A DNA stretch of 14,734 nucleotides from Candidatus Subterrananammoxibius californiae (lineage in GTDB: Bacteria > Planctomycetota > Brocadiia > Brocadiales > Subterrananammoxibiaceae), in NCBI GenBank assembly GCA_030586555.1, contig JAURAC010000050.1, positions 1 to 14,734 of the forward strand, in the 5' to 3' direction. The notes beneath the pieces are model-generated. The model searched no databases. It was given only the letters and a program-made list of their open reading frames with translations, and had not been told where the DNA came from. Positions 7,097-14,734 of this stretch are shown here, piece after piece (the stretch's first letter is position 1; every line of letters starts with the position of its first letter). The position numbers were made by a program, and so were the translations under genes.

Positions 7097-7461
7097 TTAA
7101 TTTGCCTCCTTTACAGTTTATCTAAAGGTTCAATTTCTGGAGCACAGTAACTACATCAATCAATGCAAATCAGCAGCGATTCTGCCCCCTATTCTCCCTT
7201 CTTTGAAAGAGGAAACACACCCCTCCGAGCAGTCAATGGTGGACACCCGCCTCTGGATGGTGCCTTGGGCATGAATTCTCCACTTGGGGCGAATCATAGT
7301 GACAGCAATGCTGTAAATCTGAGCACAGCGAAGGATAATGGGTTTAGCTCGGGACCCTTCTCCACGCAATGTGGTACAGAATATAAGAGAGGTGCTAAGC
7401 ACGAGCAGTGCAGTGTAATGATTTATGCTTCAAGGCAAGACTCACGCTTTTTACTAAAAAG

Positions 7462-10170
7462 CTAACGAATGCGAATAGCGAGAGAAACACGAAAATTGTT
7501 CGTTTCCTGCAACTCACGAATTAAATCTGGCGCATCTACCTCGACTATTAAATAATATTTTCCATTGCTAACGGATTGCGGGATTTCTAACTTGTTTTTT
7601 TGAATTAGCTTCTCCTGAGACTCCAGACCTTCCACTTCGTAAGTTTTAAGATTTATATCACCCGTGTCGGGGTTTTTGTCGCTTGAAAGAAGGAAAGCAA
7701 CCTCAAAGGCATCTGAATCAGTTATCCCCTGGTTTTTAATGGTAGTATTTACCCTAAACTTTCTATTTTCCAGTTGTCTCACTTTCATCCTTGTTACTGT
7801 TAAATCAGGTTTTCCAAGTTCGCTGTCATCAATTGCAACGATCTCCAGTTGCCACTCGTTAAGCGTTCCCCCGTCAATGTTAGCATTGTCTGACACATAC
7901 AAGGTCCAGCTACCTTGCGGGTTCTCTCCAGTGAAGGCATCGAGGCTTTCTGCCGGCAAAGTCAAAGTATCGTATGTAGTTATAAGATTGTCTGATGAGC
8001 CGCCATTGCGGTTATGTAACTTTACATTCGTTCCGCTTGGGGATTCAATTGATACAATAAGGTCGCCTATCCATGTATGGGCAATATTTACTGAGACATT
8101 TACCTCAACGACATATTTTCCAATGTCTGCAAGTACATTACTACTTATTCCAGCAGGTTGATTGTCAGGAATGTTGATGGGCGTATCGGTACTATCCAGA
8201 TTATAACTAACTACATCTTCACCTGGTTCTATGACAAGAACTTCTACAAAGGCGCTTGACTGCTTCCCTCCATTGTCAGTAACTGTAAAGGTTACTTGAA
8301 AAGTCCCCGGCGTATTAAATGTAATAAGTCCCGGGTCTTCAACAAGGGCATCCGTTGCACCACCATCGAAGTTCCAGTAGTAGCCTACAATAGCATTTTC
8401 TTTATCAGTAGCATTGCCAGTAAAATTGACTGCTTCACCTTTATGTATAATGACATCATTAGAGGGTGATTGTATAGAGACTATCGGGGGGAAATTGTAG
8501 TTTATTGCTTCAAGAATGGCATTGTAAGCATTGACTCTGCCATACCCATACTTCTGATTAAAACCGCTGGTATTGTAATTAGCATCAGCAGGATTTATCT
8601 TATCAGCGGTATATTGCAATATCGCCTGGACGTCACTTCTCGCAAGTTCACCGTTAACTGACAGCATCAATGCCGCCACGCCAGCAGCTATAGGGGCTGA
8701 GGCGGATGTACCGTCAAAGCCGTTGATGAAGTAATTACCATTACTATACCCGACGCTTCCCATACGGTCTGTTGTCGTAGTGGATTTCCCAGGAGCCATA
8801 ATATCTAAAGAAGAGCCGAAGTCGCTAAAGGAAGCCCTTTTATCCTGGTCGGTGGATGCGCCAACGGCGATAACCTTCTCGTAACTTGCATACCCATCAT
8901 TATCTACACTTTCATTGCCATTTCCAGCGGCAAAAAGGATTATGCATCCTTTTCCATCCCTTCCATTATCAGCCGCAAAGTCAATGGCTGCCTTTGTAAC
9001 ATCAGGTAGTGGGTCAACATTTCCGGTGCCATCGAGCGGCCCCCAACTATTACTTATAATATCTGCGCCATTCTGTGCTGCAAAAAGAAACGCCTCCGCT
9101 TCATCGCTAATAGTCGCCCCATCTGCAATTAACCTAATGGGCATTAACTTGCATGCAGGCGCAACTCCAGATACGCCTGTACCGTTATCCTGATTAGCTG
9201 TTGCTAAACCTGCAACTGCAGTTCCATGGTTGTCCCCGGATTGAGGATTAGGATTATCATTGTCATTTACAACATCCCTGCCGGGCAAGACCTTTCCAGC
9301 AAAATCCTCATGGTTAGTCTCTACGCCATCATCAATTATTGCTATAATTATTTCTTCATCACCCTTTGTTAAATCCCATGCTTCGGGTGCATCCACATCG
9401 GCATCGGCTACTCCACCACCAGCTCCATTATTGTTTAGATGCCATTGGTTAGGGAAAAGCGGGTCATCTGGTATATGTCGTAACTCCAGCCTCCGAATCC
9501 AGTCAGGATGTGACCATTCGACACCATCCATCTGATGATAGTTATTGGCAACATCCAACGTTGTGCGATTCTTAAGCCTCGTAATCCTTAAAACATATAC
9601 ATTTGAATCAACCTCTATTGGCTTTACAATCTCCACCCCGTTCTCTGCGTTTATTCCATCAATCTCTTTTCTGCTTAGTTTGCTCGCAAATTTGGCAACA
9701 AAGCAATCTGACATCACCAAGGGCTCATCTGCATCTGTAACAAAAACTGGCTGTACGTATGCTACATCGGGGTCGTCCCTCAGACAGCAAATGATGCTAT
9801 CGTGCTTTTCACCATTGCCCTCATCGCAACTCTCTAACAAATGTATCTTGTGCCTTTCAAAAAACTTGCTTTTCTTGGAAAGTTTTAACCCTTTATTTCT
9901 TTCCAGAACAGAGGTCATTTGTAGAGACGCAATGCGTTGCGTCTCTACTAATTTGACAGCGAAAAGGTTCTTGTGGCGTAGCAGTGGAATCTTTTTCCCT
10001 CCGCTGTAATAAAACTCCCCTTTATCAATGCGTTTGACTTCCTGATTAGCCAGGGCTAAACTACCTACGGAAGGCATGGGTCCATTCCACATAACAAGAA
10101 TAACTAAAAGTGGAAGGGAAATTACCTTTACAAGTTCTTTGATAGAAAGCAAAAAAGAAAACATTATCAT
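7462..10170 (-). CDS. Secreted S8 (subtilisin-like) serine peptidase with propeptide, PKD, proprotein-convertase P and CARDB-like domains
   Basis: Triad motifs IAIIDDG, NHGTAVAG, GTSASAP; oxyanion FAAGN; PKD YYWNFDGG...PGTFQVTFTVTD; P-domain HTWIGDL...SPSG...GSWTLYVSD; CARDB KPDLTV...NQG...ETNN; AGGAGG upstream. Start may be 10170 or 10164. Confidence 0.93.
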   Translation of the reverse strand: MIMFSFLLSIKELVKVISLPLLVILVMWNGPMPSVGSLALANQEVKRIDKGEFYYSGGKKIPLLRHKNLFAVKLVETQRIASLQMTSVLERNKGLKLSKKSKFFERHKIHLLESCDEGNGEKHDSIICCLRDDPDVAYVQPVFVTDADEPLVMSDCFVAKFASKLSRKEIDGINAENGVEIVKPIEVDSNVYVLRITRLKNRTTLDVANNYHQMDGVEWSHPDWIRRLELRHIPDDPLFPNQWHLNNNGAGGGVADADVDAPEAWDLTKGDEEIIIAIIDDGVETNHEDFAGKVLPGRDVVNDNDNPNPQSGDNHGTAVAGLATANQDNGTGVSGVAPACKLMPIRLIADGATISDEAEAFLFAAQNGADIISNSWGPLDGTGNVDPLPDVTKAAIDFAADNGRDGKGCIILFAAGNGNESVDNDGYASYEKVIAVGASTDQDKRASFSDFGSSLDIMAPGKSTTTTDRMGSVGYSNGNYFINGFDGTSASAPIAAGVAALMLSVNGELARSDVQAILQYTADKINPADANYNTSGFNQKYGYGRVNAYNAILEAINYNFPPIVSIQSPSNDVIIHKGEAVNFTGNATDKENAIVGYYWNFDGGATDALVEDPGLITFNTPGTFQVTFTVTDNGGKQSSAFVEVLVIEPGEDVVSYNLDSTDTPINIPDNQPAGISSNVLADIGKYVVEVNVSVNIAHTWIGDLIVSIESPSGTNVKLHNRNGGSSDNLITTYDTLTLPAESLDAFTGENPQGSWTLYVSDNANIDGGTLNEWQLEIVAIDDSELGKPDLTVTRMKVRQLENRKFRVNTTIKNQGITDSDAFEVAFLLSSDKNPDTGDINLKTYEVEGLESQEKLIQKNKLEIPQSVSNGKYYLIVEVDAPDLIRELQETNNFRVSLAIRIR

Positions 10171-10281
10171 CTTACCTCCTCTAAAAGGTAGAAAATAAAG
10201 ATGACGTATTACGGTAGTTGTTATCAGACATATATGTTATGAAGAACAAAAAGGTAGATTTTTGGTAAGGGACTATTAATA

Positions 10282-10310
10282 ATAATATATTAAATAAAGA
10301 GTAATGTCAA
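10282..10310 (-). promoter_or_regulatory. Putative sigma70 promoter for the subtilase
   Basis: Minus strand TTGACA-N17-TATTAT. Confidence 0.7.
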
Positions 10311-10373
10311 TAAAAAATTGGGTATTTTTGGTAAAATACTGAAATTATCTTATTGCGATAACACGTTTTATAT

Positions 10374-10402
10374 TTGACTGGAATTAATACATCTGATATA
10401 TT
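10374..10402 (+). promoter_or_regulatory. Putative sigma70 promoter for the coiled-coil protein
   Basis: TTGACT-N17-TATATT with an extended -10 TG at 10394-10395. Confidence 0.7.
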
Positions 10403-10429
10403 TCAGTAAGAGGTGTATTGTATATAAAA

Positions 10430-11494
10430 ATGAAAAGGGCTTTACTGGTTATAACAAGTTTAATATCCGCCTTATTCCTTATGGGGGCAAAGGATTCCAA
10501 GCAGGTGATTGAGAGCCTGGGTGGGCTTGAGAAATCCCTTTCCAGTTGGGTAGAATCAATGGATAATTTAGAAAATAAGATTGTCGCCCTTGAGGAAAGG
10601 CTAACGAAAGAATCTCAAGCAAAGGAAGACTTGCTAAAGGCATTAGCCAGCATAGAAAAACATATTGCCGATATAGGCGAACGAATACAAAAGGTTGAAA
10701 AGACAACCACCTTTTTTACCGAAATGCCCACGGAGACCCTCGGCAAGACATTAAGATTTTACAATGAGGCGATTGCGGAATTGAAGAAAAGGCTTGAAGA
10801 CCAGCAAGTAATTACTGCTGTACTTGAGAAGAAATATCAAGAAGCTCAAAAACCACTGGAACCTGTAATGAAAGATGTTGCCGATGTAAGAAAGCAAGTC
10901 ACTGATTTATCCCAGAAGGTCGACCAGCAGGCAACTACAATTGACAACGTTCAAAAAAATCTTCAGTCAAGTATTGTGGATTCAGTTACTTCAACACTCA
11001 AAGAATATGAAAAAATATTTATGACATTGGCGCAAAGGATTGAAAACCTTGAGAAACAAGCAGGCGTTACAACTACTGCCGAGGTTGCAGAAAAGAAGGA
11101 AGAAGAATCAAAAACCAAACCAGAGGGTGCAAAAGAAGAGGAAGTAGCAGAAGCTGAAAAGGAAACTACCCCCACTATTGTGCCACCAAAGACACCTGAA
11201 GAGGAAGGCTTTCAAGATATAGGACAGGGATTTTATGTTAAAAACGTAAGGTTTGAACCTTTTGGTTCATCTGCCACGTTGATGGGGGACATGAAAAACT
11301 ACTCGAATAAGGATTATAGTATTGCGTCATTCACCGTCAAGGTTTATAATTCGGATGAATTGCTTGTGGGAAGTGATGACTTTTCTATTAAGGGCTTTAA
11401 AAATGGTGAATTAAGGCCATTTAAGCAGATAATTACAGGCGTTGAACCGAAGAAAATCGCTTCTTATTCCATTAGCTTTAATAAGCCATATTAA
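10430..11494 (+). CDS. Exported long coiled-coil protein with C-terminal FxLYD-like domain (hypothetical)
   Basis: Signal-like MKRALLVITSLISALFLMGA; ~190 aa heptad-rich region; E/K/T/P linker; GDMKNYSNKDY...FTVKVYNSDELLVG...FKNGELRPF resembles FxLYD domains. Alternative TTG start at 10418. Confidence 0.75.
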   Translation: MKRALLVITSLISALFLMGAKDSKQVIESLGGLEKSLSSWVESMDNLENKIVALEERLTKESQAKEDLLKALASIEKHIADIGERIQKVEKTTTFFTEMPTETLGKTLRFYNEAIAELKKRLEDQQVITAVLEKKYQEAQKPLEPVMKDVADVRKQVTDLSQKVDQQATTIDNVQKNLQSSIVDSVTSTLKEYEKIFMTLAQRIENLEKQAGVTTTAEVAEKKEEESKTKPEGAKEEEVAEAEKETTPTIVPPKTPEEEGFQDIGQGFYVKNVRFEPFGSSATLMGDMKNYSNKDYSIASFTVKVYNSDELLVGSDDFSIKGFKNGELRPFKQIITGVEPKKIASYSISFNKPY

Positions 11495-12573
11495 GGAATA
11501 CTCTCTGGCGCGCCGAACTTATTTATCATCTTGTCAACATCGAGCAGGTCAATATCCTGGGTTGATATAGCAACATCTGTCAGATTAATGTTCCGAGCCG
11601 CTTCAAGCGCTACAATCATTTCTCCACCGAGGCCAGTCATTGCCTGTCGCCTTAGTTTTTCTCCCTCTGCCTCTGCCTTCTTAACCAGTAGTCTTCCATC
11701 TGCTACCTTTTTCTTTTTATAGAGGTCTGCCTCTGCTTTTTTCTCAACGAGGTATTTGTTTGCTTCTGCGAGGATTTCTTCAACCTTGTCTTCGGTAATA
11801 GTTTTTAGTATAAGCAACTCTGCATCCTTCTCGCCTGTAATCTTCTGGGCAACTGCTTCCGTGCTGGCGTCTATTTCCTGCGTTTCGCCTCGCTTTTCAG
11901 CGGCAAGTGACTTGGAAATATTCAAAACCACGTCCAATTCTGCAAGTTTTTGGTTCTTAATTTTCCTCTCAAGTTGAGGGTCAAATGTAATTTCCAGAAT
12001 TAGCACATCTACAACATTGACGTACCGTGATTTGAGTTTTTGATTAAGTAATAACTCTGCCTCTACTGCCCTTTTGCGTTTTTCATCAGGACTGTAAAGG
12101 TCTGTTGCCTTCATCATTCCAAATATGCTTCTGCAAACATCCTTTGCCTCATTTTTAACAAGGATTTTATATTTATCTCCAAGACCTACATCCTGGCGTA
12201 GCATGTGAACAAGACTCCTGATAGGCTGGTATTTTACAATTATGTCAACTGCGACCTCGTAGTCATCAGCGGTTCTTATAAGTATGTTCTGCCTTTCCTG
12301 ACCTTCCTTAGTCGCTTCTTTGGTCATTTCGAGGGTTTGAACTGTTGTGTCATAAAAATCCCATTCATCAATATTAGGGATACGACGGTGCCACCCGGGA
12401 CCGTAATCTCTCTGTATCATACCTTTTCCCACTCCCCATGCCTTGGTGCGCACGCCAGTTTGGTCAATACCCACCTTTGTAACGCAGAGTTTAAAACCTA
12501 CGTACATTATTATAAAACTGGCTACTACAAGCCCTGCAATTATTCCGTATCTTACGGGTTTAGTAAAAACCAC
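11491..12573 (-). CDS. SPFH (Band 7/prohibitin) domain membrane protein, second of pair
   Basis: N-terminal TM helix, GPGWH, IRTADDYEVAVDIIVKY, Ala/Glu/Lys coiled-coil tail; GTG start with AAGGAG overlapping the upstream stop. Confidence 0.88.
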   Translation of the reverse strand: MVFTKPVRYGIIAGLVVASFIIMYVGFKLCVTKVGIDQTGVRTKAWGVGKGMIQRDYGPGWHRRIPNIDEWDFYDTTVQTLEMTKEATKEGQERQNILIRTADDYEVAVDIIVKYQPIRSLVHMLRQDVGLGDKYKILVKNEAKDVCRSIFGMMKATDLYSPDEKRKRAVEAELLLNQKLKSRYVNVVDVLILEITFDPQLERKIKNQKLAELDVVLNISKSLAAEKRGETQEIDASTEAVAQKITGEKDAELLILKTITEDKVEEILAEANKYLVEKKAEADLYKKKKVADGRLLVKKAEAEGEKLRRQAMTGLGGEMIVALEAARNINLTDVAISTQDIDLLDVDKMINKFGAPESIP

Positions 12574-12585
12574 GAGTCTTTCTCC

Positions 12586-13695
12586 TTATGGGGAAGGTTG
12601 TTCCTTCAATAACATTCTTTCTCGGGGGTATTCTGTACCGGACCTTAATGTAGGTGTTCCTTGTATCCTTGCCTCACGAAGCCTTTTGGCATATTCCATC
12701 TTTACAAGATTTCGTCCCCCTTCCCCCTCGAGCGCCTTTTTCAAGCTCTCTATACCCTCAGCCTCGGCGGTCTTTGTGGCAAGGATTCCATCGGATTCTC
12801 TGGCAAGCCTTTCATGCTCCGCATCTGCTTCTATCTTCGTTTTAAGCAGATAGGTATCTGCTTCGTGTCTTATCCTTTCTGCCTCTGCCTCTGCCTCTAT
12901 TTCCTTCTTGCTTAGTTCACCCTTGAACCTGGCAACCTCTACGTTCTTTTTTTTCTGTTCCTCAACAACTACCTTTTTTTGATTTTCTGTTGCAGCCTTC
13001 GCCCTCGACATTTGTTCTTCTATTTCCTTGTCTGCAAGCCTTCTTTCCTGAATCCTTTCTGCATACTCTCGATAGTAACGAAAATCATGGAGGTTTACCG
13101 AGGTAACCAATATTCCATGCGGTTCCAGAAGGCTGTTAAGCTCCTCCCTTGCCTTATCAGCTTTCGAATCTCGCTTGGCGCTGTCTGGAAACTCATCTAT
13201 AGTTAACTCGCCAAATGTGTACCTGCAGATGGTTCGCGCATAGTCATATATCCACTTTAACTTATATACATCGCCAGTACCTGAATCCTGAATAATATTA
13301 ACAGCCATATCAGGTACAAGCCTATAATGAATGGAAATGTCAAGATTAACGTCTCCACCATCTATAGTCTTCACGATGACAGGATTGCCCTGAGGTCTTT
13401 CGGGAGTGATGCTGGTAGAGGACAGCTCCATGACTTGCTCAGATTTGTCGAGTATATAAATATCCTGCACGAATGGAAAATAAAGCTTGGCGCCAGCCTG
13501 TTTTACGAGCTTTATACTGCCTGTTAAATTATTGACTATTACCCCGATTTGGTCTGCGTGGATGTATTTCCAACTCAGTTTTTGCCGCCCAATTACACCA
13601 ATAGTCAAAATGAAGGCGACAATTATCCCTGCAGTTATAAAGTATTTTACCGGGATGCGACCGCCCCTTTTTATGAAGTCAAAATCTTTTTGCAT
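12586..13695 (-). CDS. SPFH (Band 7/prohibitin) domain membrane protein, first of pair
   Basis: N-terminal TM helix, PFVQDIYILD, VKTIDGGDVNLDISIHYRL, LEPHGILVTSV, long EAEAEA coiled coil. Confidence 0.9.
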   Translation of the reverse strand: MQKDFDFIKRGGRIPVKYFITAGIIVAFILTIGVIGRQKLSWKYIHADQIGVIVNNLTGSIKLVKQAGAKLYFPFVQDIYILDKSEQVMELSSTSITPERPQGNPVIVKTIDGGDVNLDISIHYRLVPDMAVNIIQDSGTGDVYKLKWIYDYARTICRYTFGELTIDEFPDSAKRDSKADKAREELNSLLEPHGILVTSVNLHDFRYYREYAERIQERRLADKEIEEQMSRAKAATENQKKVVVEEQKKKNVEVARFKGELSKKEIEAEAEAERIRHEADTYLLKTKIEADAEHERLARESDGILATKTAEAEGIESLKKALEGEGGRNLVKMEYAKRLREARIQGTPTLRSGTEYPRERMLLKEQPSP

Positions 13696-13752
13696 CTTCT
13701 TGCTTTCTTAAATCATTTGTGAAAAAATGGCTTTTCCCCTGCAAACACCCAT

Positions 13753-13781
13753 ATTATATGATTTAAAACAAGCGAGGTCAA
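13753..13781 (-). promoter_or_regulatory. Putative strong sigma70 promoter for the SPFH operon
   Basis: Minus strand TTGACC-N17-TATAAT. Confidence 0.78.
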
Positions 13782-13791
13782 TAAAAAAAGC

Positions 13792-13820
13792 TTGCCAAAA
13801 CAACATTATTTTGTTAAGGT
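13792..13820 (+). promoter_or_regulatory. Putative sigma70 promoter for thiE, possibly giving a leaderless mRNA
   Basis: TTGCCA-N17-TAAGGT with TG at 13812-13813; the ATG is 6 nt after the -10 box. Confidence 0.6.
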
Positions 13821-13826
13821 TGAGGA

Positions 13827-14498
13827 ATGACAAAAGAGGAGCGGTTATCCTTGTTAAGACTATACGTTTTAATAAGTAGCAATATCACTTCTATACCCGT
13901 AATAGATGCTGCAAAGCTCATTATTGAGGGTGGGGCAGATGCTATCCAGATGCGTGAAAAAAACATGGATGATGGAGCATTTCTGAAGCTGGCAGAGGAA
14001 CTTCGAGAATTGACCATTCGTGCAGGCATAGTCTTCATCGTAAACGACCGTCCTAAAATCGCCAGGGAGGTTGATGCCGACGGCGTCCATCTCGGGCAAG
14101 ACGATGTCTCCGTTCGTGATGCAAGAAACATTCTGGGCGAAGATAAGATTATTGGCGTCTCGACCCACAGGATTGAGCAGGCGAGAAGAGCGGTGCTCGA
14201 TGGCGTAGATTATATTAGTACCGGACCAGTTTATTCCACAAAGACAAAGCCGCATGAGCAAGAAGTAGGGTTAGGGTACATCAGTGAGGTTGCAAGAGAG
14301 ATAAAAATCCCATTTTTTGCAATTGGCTCAATAACCGTTGAAAACCTTGATGACGTGTTCAGGGCTGGCGCCTCCAGGGTTGCCGTATGTTCGGCAATCG
14401 TTGGAGCAAGGGACATAGCAAAGGCTACAAGGGCATTCAAGACATTACTTCTTAGAAAAGGAGTAAGCAAGAAAACTTTATATTCTTCCAGGATATAA
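13827..14498 (+). CDS. thiE: Thiamine-phosphate synthase
   Basis: Motifs LYVL, QMREK, FIVNDR, DGVHLGQDD, IGVSTH, GPVYSTKTK, VAVCSAI. Confidence 0.93.
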   Translation: MTKEERLSLLRLYVLISSNITSIPVIDAAKLIIEGGADAIQMREKNMDDGAFLKLAEELRELTIRAGIVFIVNDRPKIAREVDADGVHLGQDDVSVRDARNILGEDKIIGVSTHRIEQARRAVLDGVDYISTGPVYSTKTKPHEQEVGLGYISEVAREIKIPFFAIGSITVENLDDVFRAGASRVAVCSAIVGARDIAKATRAFKTLLLRKGVSKKTLYSSRI

Positions 14499-14531
14499 GC
14501 TACTTCCAGGCATCTTAAGGTTTTTTTGGCA

Positions 14532-14554
14532 TACCTTTTTTTCCAAAAAAGGTA
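14532..14554. repeat. AT-rich hairpin downstream of thiE (possible terminator or short repeat element)
   Basis: tacctttttt(tcc)aaaaaaggta, a 10-bp stem preceded by ttttttttggca. Confidence 0.5.
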
Positions 14555-14624
14555 GGTTACAATTTTGTAAATAATGAAGATCAAAGAGTAACATTTTTGT
14601 ATTTTACATGGATGATGCTATAAG

Positions 14625-14734
14625 ATGAAAATAAAACTTGCTAAAAGGATATTTATCGCTCTCGGTATTGGATACCTAACATTTTTTGCTATCCTGGGAC
14701 CGCTAAGCTATAAATCTGCCATCTCTTCGCTAAA
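14625..14734 (+). CDS. 5' end of an exported or membrane protein, truncated by the window edge
   Basis: Open to the window end: MKIKLAKRIFIALGIGYLTFFAILGPLSYKSAISSL (basic N-terminus plus hydrophobic stretch). Short, with no clear Shine-Dalgarno. Confidence 0.55.
   Translation, partial: MKIKLAKRIFIALGIGYLTFFAILGPLSYKSAISSL

Noticed and set aside
7225..7400. SAM-I or cobalamin riboswitch-like fragments (atccagaggcgg on minus, ggtgctaa on plus)
   Set aside because: The fragments are on opposite strands and the other conserved elements are absent.
7412..7438. Minus-strand promoter TTGCCT…TACACT
   Set aside because: The spacer is only 15 nt, so support is weak.
7160..7465. ORFs 7163..7465 (+, 100 aa) and 7160..7402 (-, 80 aa)
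   Set aside because: No ribosome-binding site, no recognisable motif, and they run across palindrome-rich DNA; probably spurious, though not excluded.
7664..10009. Plus-strand ORFs of 63-165 aa opposite the subtilase, and similar shadow ORFs opposite pgi, the pyrophosphorylase, SPFH genes and thiE
   Set aside because: Antisense or alternate-frame shadows of well-supported genes, with no independent coding signal.
12879..12899. CTGCCT tandem repeat
   Set aside because: Simply encodes EAEAEA in the SPFH coiled coil.
11491..13695. Assigning hflK/hflC or flotillin symbols
   Set aside because: The SPFH family is clear, but subfamily-specific features and gene context are not evident.

Overview
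Bacterial chromosomal window of mostly housekeeping and envelope genes; the gene set and repeat style suggest Planctomycetota, possibly Ca. Brocadiia (inference only). In order: 3' part of mgtE (+); pgi (-) with a UAP1-type nucleotide-sugar pyrophosphorylase (-); an archease-rtcB RNA-ligase operon (+); a small Cys-rich secreted protein (-); a 902-aa S8 subtilase with PKD, P and CARDB-like domains (-); a secreted coiled-coil/FxLYD-like protein (+); two tandem SPFH genes (-); thiE (+); and the start of a truncated ORF. Six sigma70-like promoters form three divergent pairs. The most unusual feature is a dense set of short palindromic and heptamer inverted-repeat elements from several families. 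They fill most intergenic spaces, nest inside one another, and also sit in frame inside three consecutive protein genes (pgi, the pyrophosphorylase, archease). No transposase, CRISPR array, tRNA or rRNA was recognised.
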